Shown in pieces: positions 1 to 7,890 of a stretch of 64,000 bases of DNA. This DNA comes from Bythopirellula sp. (GTDB lineage: Bacteria; Planctomycetota; Planctomycetia; Pirellulales; Lacipirellulaceae): assembly GCA_965216565.1 (NCBI GenBank), contig OZ244170.1, positions 5,088,001 through 5,152,000 on the forward strand. Direction: 5' to 3'. A model generated the notes under the pieces. It was not told the origin of the DNA, searched no databases, and saw only the letters and a list, made by a program, of their open reading frames with translations. Made by a program: the position numbers and the translations under genes. How positions within the stretch are numbered: position 1 is the first letter of the stretch; each line of letters begins with the position of its first letter.

Positions 1-264
1 GCCGCGGCTCGCGGACGTTTTTATATCCGAATCAATGTCGACGACCACCCGGGAGTGCTCTCGCAGATCACTTCCGCCCTGGGCGACGAAAAGATCTCCA
101 TTGCATCGGTCCTACAGCACGAGATATCGGATAATGGTTCCGATGTGCCGCTGGTGATCATGACCCACGAGACCACCGAAGGCGCCGCTGCGGCTGCTTG
201 CAAGAAGATCAACGCCCTAGATTGCGTCCGCGGCGATGCAGTACGCATGTGGGTGAGGGACTAG
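1..264 (+). CDS. hom: Homoserine dehydrogenase, C-terminal ACT domain (5'-truncated by window)
   Basis: Frame open from base 1: RFYIRINVDDHPGVLSQITSALGDEKISIASVLQ...LVIMTH, the Hom C-terminal ACT pattern; lies upstream of aspartate kinase. Confidence 0.85.
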   Translation, partial: AAARGRFYIRINVDDHPGVLSQITSALGDEKISIASVLQHEISDNGSDVPLVIMTHETTEGAAAAACKKINALDCVRGDAVRMWVRD

Positions 265-297
265 GAATAAAGGGAAAAGCGGAGGGGGTTTTATTAA

Positions 298-756
298 AAC
301 CACGAAGGCACGAAGGACACAAAGACTTTAAAAATGAGTCATCCCCCAATTCCTGATGAGACTGAGAGGGTAGCTCATGAAGTGATACAAGCTGCGTTCC
401 GGGTGCATAAAGCCCTTGGGCCTGGCCTGCTTGAGTCTGCGTACGAGAAGTGTTTGTGTCACGAATTGAACAAAGGTGGGTTGTCGTTTCAAAGCCAGTT
501 GGAAGTTCCGTTGATCTACGACGGAATGAAAATTGAATCTGGGTTCAGGATCGATATTCTCGTCGAGGAAATATTGATTGTGGAATTGAAAGCTGTCGAA
601 AAAGTACTCCCGATAGATAAGGCTCAAGTAATTACGTATCTGAAGCTATCCAAGTTGAGGCTAGCACTGTTACTGAATTTTAATGAAGCACTATTAAAGG
701 ATGGCCTACAAAGAATCGTAATTTAGCTTCTTTGTGCTCTTAGTGTCTTTGTGGTT
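298..756 (+). mobile_element. Putative GxxExxY cassette bounded by 28-nt imperfect inverted arms (298-325 / 729-756)
   Basis: AACCACGAAGGCACGAAGGACACAAAGA vs reverse complement of right arm AACCACAAAGACACTAAGAGCACAAAGA (23/28); interrupts hom-apgM; visibly more AT-rich than flanks. Confidence 0.55.
334..726 (+). CDS. GxxExxY protein (PD-(D/E)XK nuclease superfamily)
   Basis: LGPGLLESAYEKCL motif, RIDILVE...VELKAV catalytic-type motif, QVITYLK..LALLLNF tail; 130 aa. Confidence 0.93.
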   Translation: MSHPPIPDETERVAHEVIQAAFRVHKALGPGLLESAYEKCLCHELNKGGLSFQSQLEVPLIYDGMKIESGFRIDILVEEILIVELKAVEKVLPIDKAQVITYLKLSKLRLALLLNFNEALLKDGLQRIVI

Positions 757-785
757 AATAAAAGACCTGCAACTCGCAATTTACT

Positions 786-1985
786 ATGAAATACGCAATC
801 ATCATTCCCGACGGTGCCGCCGACGAGCCGCAAGAGGCTCTCGGGGGTAAGACTCCACTAGAAGCTGCCCACACTCCCGCGATGGATGCCTTGGCAGCAA
901 GTGGCGTTGTCGCCCGGGCCTGCCATACGCCGCAACAACTGCCGGCCGGTTCCGAAGTGGGCAACATGAGCCTATTGGGTTACGACCCGCTGGCCAACTT
1001 CACCGGCCGAGCACCCATCGAAGCGGCAGCGCAGGGGATTGAACTAGCCCCTGAAGATTGGGCAATCCGCTGCAATCTGGTCACCATTGAAGATCAGAAG
1101 ATGCGCGACTTCACGGCAGATCACATATCAACGGAAGATGCCACGGAGCTATTGGCCACGGCCCAGGAGGAACTGGGAGGAGATGGCCTAGAATTTGTTC
1201 CCGGCGTGAGCTACCGCAACTTGCTTCTTTGGCGAGGAGCGGAGCGCCCTGCACCGTTCAGTATGGAAATGCGTGCTACCCCGCCCCATGATCTCACCGA
1301 CAAGTCCGTACTGGACGACTATCCCCGGGGCCCCGGGAGTGATGTGCTCACCGAAATGATGGCCGCCACTGGCCGTCTGTTTGACGATCATCCAGTGAAC
1401 AAGCGCCGTATCGCCGCTGGTCAGTTACCCGCCACGAACGTTTGGCTATGGGGCATTGGTAAGGCTCCCAAGCTCAAGCCATTCAAGGAGGTTCATGGCG
1501 TGCAAGGAGCGATGATCACTGCCGTCGACTTGTTGCGTGGCCTGGCGTCGCTAGTGGGTTGGCAGCGAATCGAAGTTCCCGGTGCCACCGGCTATACCGA
1601 CACCGACTACGCTGCAAAGGGCCAATACGCCATTGATGCGCTGAAGGAGGTAGATTTGATTTGTGTCCATGTCGAAGCCCCCGACGAAGCTTCGCACGAA
1701 GGCGACTGCGCGGCTAAAGTGAAGGCCATCGAAGAAATCGATCGGCACGTTGTCGCACCACTTGTCGCTGAAATTCAGAAACATGATGCGTGGCGGGTCA
1801 TGATCTCCCCCGACCATCCAACGTTCTTAAGCACAAAGACACACACTCATGGAGATGTGCCAGTGGTAGTCGCGGGCACCGGCATCGAAGCAGACGAATT
1901 TACCTCCTACGGCGATGGCAACGCCGCTGAATCGGCTCTGGCTTTTGATAAAGGTCACGAGGCGATGAAGTACTTTATTGGCTGA
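786..1985 (+). CDS. apgM: ApgM-family (cofactor-independent phosphoglycerate mutase-like) protein; proposed homoserine kinase subfamily
   Basis: IPDGAADEP..GKTPLE, GSEVGNMS, HVEAPDEASH, PDHPT..THT metal motifs; located between hom and lysC. Confidence 0.85.
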   Translation: MKYAIIIPDGAADEPQEALGGKTPLEAAHTPAMDALAASGVVARACHTPQQLPAGSEVGNMSLLGYDPLANFTGRAPIEAAAQGIELAPEDWAIRCNLVTIEDQKMRDFTADHISTEDATELLATAQEELGGDGLEFVPGVSYRNLLLWRGAERPAPFSMEMRATPPHDLTDKSVLDDYPRGPGSDVLTEMMAATGRLFDDHPVNKRRIAAGQLPATNVWLWGIGKAPKLKPFKEVHGVQGAMITAVDLLRGLASLVGWQRIEVPGATGYTDTDYAAKGQYAIDALKEVDLICVHVEAPDEASHEGDCAAKVKAIEEIDRHVVAPLVAEIQKHDAWRVMISPDHPTFLSTKTHTHGDVPVVVAGTGIEADEFTSYGDGNAAESALAFDKGHEAMKYFIG

Positions 1986-2068
1986 TAACCTTGGGGACAT
2001 CAATGGTGTCTTTATCCCACGGCTATTGATGGTTTCCTATTTCCGAAATCCGCATTCTTAAATCCGAC

Positions 2069-3850
2069 ATGTCACTACTCGTTCAAAAATTTGGCGGCAC
2101 GAGCGTTGCCGATGCTGACAAAATCAAAGCCGCGGCCCGCAAGGCCATCCGTGCCCAGCAAAACGGCAATCAGGTTGTCATGGTAGTTTCTGCCATGGGC
2201 AAGCAGACTGATGCGCTGGTGACGTTGGCCGGTGAGATCTCCGAAGAACCAGCCGCGCGGGAAATGGATATGCTCCTCTCCACGGGGGAGCAGGTGAGCG
2301 TTGCCCTCATGGCGATGGCCATTCACGTGCTTGGTGGCGAGGCAGTGAGCCTGACCGGCGGGCAGATTGGCATCAAAACCGACAGCTCCCATGGAAAAGC
2401 ACGGATTCAGTCAATTACTACCGAACGCATGAAGCGGCACCTTGATGCCGGGAAAATTGTCATTGCGGCGGGCTTTCAGGGTATCGACGACGACTTGAAC
2501 ATCACCACGCTTGGTCGTGGAGGAAGCGATACCACCGCAGTTGCGCTTGCTGCCGTGCTAGGAGCAGACGCGTGCGAAATCTATACCGACGTCGATGGCG
2601 TGTTCACCACCGATCCTCGGTTGGTCCCTAGCGCTCGCAAGATGAATCGGGTGAGCCATGACGAAATGCTGGAACTCGCCAGCCTGGGAGCTGGTGTGAT
2701 GCATAGCCGCTCGATCGAATTCGGGAAAAAATTCAACGTTCCGATTCACGTGTGCAACAGCGCGAGCTTCAGCGATGAACCGGGTACCGTCATTGCTGAT
2801 AAGCCAGAAGATGCCAATCGCGCTGTCAGCGGCGCGGCTCTCACTAAGAACGAAGCACGCATCTCGATCCTCGATGTCCCCGACGTGCCCGGCACCATGC
2901 AAACCCTGTTTGCCAAACTTGCCGAAGCACAAGTGGCGGTGGATATGATCGTCCAGAATATTGGTGCTGGCGGAAAGGCGGAGATCTCATTCACCGTTCT
3001 CGAAGCCGACTTGCCCACCGCCTTGGCAGCAGTTTACGACAGCACATCCGACTGGGAGGGTGCTCGCGTAACGCATGACGCCAACGTCTCGAAAGTATCC
3101 ATCGTCGGTCTAGGAATGGCAACGCAGTCAGGCGTGGCGGACCGGATGTTCCGCGCACTGGCCGACGCGGAAATCAACATCCAAGCCATCACCACTAGCC
3201 AAATCAAGGTGTCGGCGCTCGTCGAACGCGATCAGGCATTGGAATCGTTGCGAGAAGTCCACCGCGAGTTTGAGTTAGAAAAACCACCTAGCCAACGTGC
3301 TTCGTTCGGCGGTGAAAAACAGTCTGGCGATCATGGAAATCCTGTCGACATCGTCGCCCGCCTCCAAAGGATGGAAGACTTGGCAATCGACTCTGTGGAG
3401 ATAGACAATTCGCAAGCTCGAATCACGATGACCGAAGTCCCCGATCATCCTGGGATATCAGCCGACGTCTTCGAAGCAGTCGCCGCAAAGGAAATTCTGG
3501 TCGACATGATCTTTCAAAGTACCGGGGATAACGGAAAGGCAAATCTTAGTTTTACCGTACCTCAAGAGGATATCGACAAGGCGTTGGAGGTGGCAAAGAA
3601 AATCGGCACCGAACTAGGATGCGAGCAGGTTTCGCACGAGCCGAAAATCGCCATCCTCTCCGTACTGGGGATCGGCATCCGCACGCACACCGGCGTGGGG
3701 CTAAGGATGTTCCAATCGCTTTCCCAAGCTGGAATTAATGTCGATATGATCAACACCAGCGAGATGCGCGTCAATGTGGTGGTCGACCCCGAGAAGGGCG
3801 AAGCAGGGCTCGCTGCACTCAAAGAAGCTTTTGCGGACGTCATCGGATAG
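2069..3850 (+). CDS. lysC: Aspartate kinase with four ACT domains
   Basis: VQKFGGTSV, TTLGRGGSDTTA, YTDVDGVFTTDPR; duplicated ACT pair; 593 aa. Confidence 0.95.
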   Translation: MSLLVQKFGGTSVADADKIKAAARKAIRAQQNGNQVVMVVSAMGKQTDALVTLAGEISEEPAAREMDMLLSTGEQVSVALMAMAIHVLGGEAVSLTGGQIGIKTDSSHGKARIQSITTERMKRHLDAGKIVIAAGFQGIDDDLNITTLGRGGSDTTAVALAAVLGADACEIYTDVDGVFTTDPRLVPSARKMNRVSHDEMLELASLGAGVMHSRSIEFGKKFNVPIHVCNSASFSDEPGTVIADKPEDANRAVSGAALTKNEARISILDVPDVPGTMQTLFAKLAEAQVAVDMIVQNIGAGGKAEISFTVLEADLPTALAAVYDSTSDWEGARVTHDANVSKVSIVGLGMATQSGVADRMFRALADAEINIQAITTSQIKVSALVERDQALESLREVHREFELEKPPSQRASFGGEKQSGDHGNPVDIVARLQRMEDLAIDSVEIDNSQARITMTEVPDHPGISADVFEAVAAKEILVDMIFQSTGDNGKANLSFTVPQEDIDKALEVAKKIGTELGCEQVSHEPKIAILSVLGIGIRTHTGVGLRMFQSLSQAGINVDMINTSEMRVNVVVDPEKGEAGLAALKEAFADVIG

Positions 3851-3851
3851 G

Positions 3852-3933
3852 GAATGGTGAAGTGAGATTGTTGAAGTAGCTGAAACTCAGGCTGCGAGCA
3901 AGTCAAACTTCAACTTTTATACTTCGCACTTCC
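3852..3933. repeat. Imperfect inverted repeat between convergent lysC and DUF151 genes (possible bidirectional terminator or empty cassette)
   Basis: GGAATGGTGAAGTGAGATTGTTGAAGT vs reverse complement of right arm GGAAGTGCGAAGTATAAAAGTTGAAGT. Confidence 0.45.
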
Positions 3934-4346
3934 TACAGTTCGTCGCCACCCATCACATCGTGCAGCACGTCTTCAGAGACGTAGATCGGCAACTGCGGTT
4001 CGCATGATACCGCCACCGCGATGGCATCGCTGGGACGCGAATCGATTTCGAAGAGTTCACCTTCGAATCGTACTCGTAGCAGTGCAAAGTAAGTGTGGTC
4101 TTTGAGTTCGCTAATCACCACATCCTGAAACTCGCCACCCAAAGTTTCGACACTGTTCACCAGGAGATCGTGCGTCAGGGGGCGTGGTGGTTCGTGTCCC
4201 TTCACACGACGGTCGATGCTTGTGGCTTCAAAGATGCCTATCAGTATCGGAAACGTCCGTTCGCCGTCAATCTCTTTGAGATAAATCACCTGCTCGCTGT
4301 TAATCTCGCTGATGATAATCCGCGCTAGTTCCATCGCGACAGGCAT
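3933..4346 (-). CDS. Bifunctional nuclease family protein (DUF151)
   Basis: FPILIGIFEATSI, PPRPLTHDLL, IDSRPSDAIAVA; start placed at ATG 4346. Confidence 0.92.
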   Translation of the reverse strand: MPVAMELARIIISEINSEQVIYLKEIDGERTFPILIGIFEATSIDRRVKGHEPPRPLTHDLLVNSVETLGGEFQDVVISELKDHTYFALLRVRFEGELFEIDSRPSDAIAVAVSCEPQLPIYVSEDVLHDVMGGDEL

Positions 4347-4380
4347 GACAGTTTCTCTGGAGTTGCACCTAGTGTTGAAT

Positions 4381-4514
4381 AACCACAAAGATACGAAGAA
4401 AACTTAGAAAAGAGCGATAGAAAAATCTGCTCCTTGGACTAATAGCTCAGTTTAATTCAGCTAATCGTAAAATCCTGTCTAGTTGTTCTTCGGGATCTTT
4501 GTGTCGTTGTGGTT
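4381..4514. repeat. Empty inverted-arm element with the same arm family as the GxxExxY cassette
   Basis: AACCACAAAGATACGAAGA (4381-4399) pairs with TCTTTGTGTCGTTGTGGTT (4496-4514), 16/19; AT-rich spacer. Confidence 0.65.
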
Positions 4515-4526
4515 CATTGTAAACCG

Positions 4527-7500
4527 CTACCCCAACTTGGCCAGGGCTGCTTCGACGGCGGCTAGCTGGCTTTCGACTTCGGCCAACTTATCCCGCTCTG
4601 CTTGTACGACCTCGGCAGGGGCCCGGCCGACGAAATTCTCGTTGCTCAGCTTCCCGGAGATGCTTTTCGTGAACTTCGTCAGTTGCTGATGCTCTTTTTC
4701 TAGCCGTGCCCGTTCCGCGTCCACGTCGAAGAACGCACTGATGTCGACGTGGACTTCCATACCCGCGAGAGATTTGCTGGCCGACCGTTCTTGAGGCGTG
4801 GCCTCCGGGCCAAACTCCGTGCCGGTGGCGCCGGCCATCGACTCGAAGTAAGCCTTCATCGGTTCGAGCAGTGCGGCAGTCGCCGCTTCGCAGCGTACGG
4901 TAAAACTGACGGGCTCCTTAGGCGAGATGCTCTGTGACTGGCGAACCTCACGCACAGCACCGAGAACAGCTTGGAAGTTGGCAAACTGAGCTTCGATAGA
5001 TTGATCAATCTGCGTCTGATCCGCCTGCGGCCAGGCAGCGACACAAACACTCTCCACCGCCGCTTGTGGCTTCGCGATACCCCTAGTTGGTGCCACCTCA
5101 CCCAACAACTGCCAAACCTCTTCGGTCACAAAGGGCGTCATGGGATGCAGTAACCTGAGCAAGGAATCCAGGGCATGAGCGATTACGCGCTGAGCCGTAG
5201 GTCGTTGCTCGTCGTTGGCAAAGCGTGACTTGGCGATCTCGACATAAAAGCTGCAGAACTCGTCCCAGGCAAAGCCGTAAAGGGCTCGCGCGGCATCTGC
5301 ATACCGGTATGTTTCCAATGCCGCAGTGACTTCGCCGGTGACGGTGTTGAGCCGGGAGAGCAGCCAGCGGTCTTCCAAAAGGAGGCCAGCGTCGGCAACT
5401 TCGCCAGGTTCGTAACCTTCCAAGTTCATCAGCACAAACCGCGACGCATTCCACAGCTTGTTGCAGAAATTGCGGCCTAGCTCAAATTTCTCATTGATCA
5501 CCGCACCGCGCGGCAAGGCTTTGTCTTCGTCCGTCTCGGCCCACTGCGTACTAAACGGCTCGCCGCACTTTTCGCACTCGATTCGCGGCAAGCGGCGGTT
5601 CTTCTTGGTTTGTTTGAACTGTGCCTGACAATGCGGGCATTCAAAGTCCACCGGCAGTTTGACGTCCTGCGTGTCGGTCGTCATGTAAGCAATGCCAAAC
5701 CGCAGTGCGTCGGCGCCAAACTTTTCGATCACATCCAGCGGATCGACACCATTGCCCTTCGATTTGGACATCGTTTCGCCATAGCCGTCCAGGATTTTAG
5801 GCGTAATGTAGACCTCATCAAAAGGAATGTTGTTCATGTTGTACTCGCCCATCAGCACCATCCGTGCGACCCACAGCGTGATGATGTCCCGCGAGGTAAT
5901 GAGCGTGCTGGTGGGGTAGAACTTTTTCAGCTCCGGCGTCTCCTCTGGCCAGCCCAGTGTCGACATTGGCCACAACGCTGAGGAGAACCAAGTGTCGAGC
6001 ACATCCTCTTCACGGACGTAACCGGCCTTCTCTAGGGCTTCGATAACTTCGCGGTCATTCTCATCTCGAACACAGTGATAGAAATCGGAGTACGAAACAT
6101 TACTGACCGAGCCATCGCTAGATTCTGGGTCGGCATGTCCCCCGGGATGCAGCCGACCATCTCTTAGCCATTCCTTCAGTTTCTCTTCTGATATATCTAA
6201 ATCGCGCTGCTCGTCCCACTTCCCCTCTGCAGGTCCCCACACCGGAATCCGATGCCCCCACCAGAGTTGCCGGCCCACGGGCCAGTCGCGTTTTTCGCCA
6301 AGCCAGTCGAGATAGCTCTTGGCGTAACGCTCGGGCACAATTTTCACGTGGCCTTCGGTCACGGCGTCCATGGCGGTTTGGGCGAGTTCGTCCATCTTCA
6401 CAAACCATTGGTCCGCCAAGTATGGTTCGATCGGCGTCTTGCTACGGTCGCTATGGGCGAGATCGATTTCGCGATCTTCGCGGTCAGATTCAGGATCGTG
6501 AAAGTTCAGTTCGGTAAGGTCTTCCACCACAGCCGTGCGGGCCTTTTTCATCGTCAGCCCGCGGTACTTCTCCGGCACGCTGTCGTTAAGTGTGCCGTCG
6601 GGATTGAGAATGTTGATTGCACCGATCTCTTTATTTCTCTGCCAGACTTCGTAGTCGTTCTCGTCGTGGGCGGGAGTGATTTTCACGCAACCCGAGCCGA
6701 GTTCCGGCTTCGCCCAAACGTCGACGATCAGCGGGATCTTGCGACCGGTGAGGGGTAGCTCCAGCATTCGTCCAGCTAAGGCCATGTCGCGCAGCTTCAG
6801 CAACTTGGGGAGATGAGTCTGGCGACGTTCCACCACTGCGTCGATTTGTGCTTGAATGTCGTCTTTCTCTTTCGCAGGTGCCGCGGCGAGTTTCTCCTCA
6901 AGTTCCGCCTGCGTCTTCGCCAGCGCCTTCTCCGGATCGGGATGCACTGCCACTGCCGTATCGCCGAGCATTGTCTCGGGTCGCGTGGTCGCAATGGTGA
7001 CAAACTCCGGCTCGCCTGGAAGCGGCCCATTCTTCGAAGCGAGGACAACCGGATACTTGAAATGCCAAAAGTGGCCTTTCACGGGCTCGTGGAAAACTTC
7101 GTCGTCGCTCACCGCGGTCTGCAGATAGGTATCCCAATTCACAAGCCGTTTGCCCCGATAGATCTTGCCATCGGCAAACAACTTGAAGAACGTCTCGCGG
7201 ACGGCCCGTGCGCACTGCTCATCGAGCGTAAAGCGGGTCCGCTCCCAATCGCAGCTACAGCCGAGCTGTTCGAGTTGACCTAGAATGCGTTTCTCGTATT
7301 GGTCTTTCCACTCCCAGATGCGATCGACGAGTCCCTCACGCCCCAGATCGTGCCGCGAAATGCCTTCGTCCTCCAGCAACCGCCGCTCGACAACCGCTTG
7401 CGTGGCAATGCCCGCATGGTCCGTCCCCGGCATCCACAGCACGTTGAAGTTTTGCATGCGTTTCATGCGACACAAGATATCTTGCAGCGTGTTATTGAGT

Positions 7501-7691
7501 GCATGGCCCAGGTGCAAAGCACCGGTAACATTCGGCGGCGGGATGACAATCGTGAACGGCTCACGCGGATCGTCGGCTTCAGCGTGGAAGTAACCTCGGT
7601 CTTTCCACACGGAGTACCACTTCGACTGAGCGGCCGCGTGGTCGTATTGCGAAGGTAGATCTTTGAGATTGGACATCGTGTCGGGAGACAT
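4527..7691 (-). CDS. valS: Valine--tRNA ligase
   Basis: PPPNVTGALHLGH, PGTDHAGIATQ, TMSKSKGN, DVLDTWFSS, C-terminal coiled coil; start ATG 7691 or 7676. Confidence 0.97.
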   Translation of the reverse strand: MSPDTMSNLKDLPSQYDHAAAQSKWYSVWKDRGYFHAEADDPREPFTIVIPPPNVTGALHLGHALNNTLQDILCRMKRMQNFNVLWMPGTDHAGIATQAVVERRLLEDEGISRHDLGREGLVDRIWEWKDQYEKRILGQLEQLGCSCDWERTRFTLDEQCARAVRETFFKLFADGKIYRGKRLVNWDTYLQTAVSDDEVFHEPVKGHFWHFKYPVVLASKNGPLPGEPEFVTIATTRPETMLGDTAVAVHPDPEKALAKTQAELEEKLAAAPAKEKDDIQAQIDAVVERRQTHLPKLLKLRDMALAGRMLELPLTGRKIPLIVDVWAKPELGSGCVKITPAHDENDYEVWQRNKEIGAINILNPDGTLNDSVPEKYRGLTMKKARTAVVEDLTELNFHDPESDREDREIDLAHSDRSKTPIEPYLADQWFVKMDELAQTAMDAVTEGHVKIVPERYAKSYLDWLGEKRDWPVGRQLWWGHRIPVWGPAEGKWDEQRDLDISEEKLKEWLRDGRLHPGGHADPESSDGSVSNVSYSDFYHCVRDENDREVIEALEKAGYVREEDVLDTWFSSALWPMSTLGWPEETPELKKFYPTSTLITSRDIITLWVARMVLMGEYNMNNIPFDEVYITPKILDGYGETMSKSKGNGVDPLDVIEKFGADALRFGIAYMTTDTQDVKLPVDFECPHCQAQFKQTKKNRRLPRIECEKCGEPFSTQWAETDEDKALPRGAVINEKFELGRNFCNKLWNASRFVLMNLEGYEPGEVADAGLLLEDRWLLSRLNTVTGEVTAALETYRYADAARALYGFAWDEFCSFYVEIAKSRFANDEQRPTAQRVIAHALDSLLRLLHPMTPFVTEEVWQLLGEVAPTRGIAKPQAAVESVCVAAWPQADQTQIDQSIEAQFANFQAVLGAVREVRQSQSISPKEPVSFTVRCEAATAALLEPMKAYFESMAGATGTEFGPEATPQERSASKSLAGMEVHVDISAFFDVDAERARLEKEHQQLTKFTKSISGKLSNENFVGRAPAEVVQAERDKLAEVESQLAAVEAALAKLG

Positions 7692-7699
7692 TGTTTTAT

Positions 7700-7872
7700 T
7701 CTCTCGCAAAGGCGCAGAGACGCTAAGAATTCTTTGAGGTAAGTTCTGAAATGGACGGACTACTGCAATATTTCGTAAAGTACTTCGTTTTTGCTTGATG
7801 ATATCAAACAGATCGAGTTCATAAGAGGCTGCGGATTCTTTTAACTTTGCGGCTCTGCGCCTTAGCGAGAGA
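7700..7872. repeat. Empty inverted-arm element between cimA and valS
   Basis: TCTCTCGCAAAGGCGCAGAGACGCTAAG (7700-7727) vs reverse complement of 7845-7872 TCTCTCGCTAAGGCGCAGAGCCGCAAAG, 25/28; AT-rich spacer of about 117 nt. Confidence 0.75.
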
Positions 7873-7890
7873 CACTTCCTTTCTGAATCC

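Noticed and set aside
4400..4495. Possible GxxExxY C-terminal remnant (LN*TELLVQG) in the spacer
   Set aside because: Too short and weak to call a pseudogene without an alignment.
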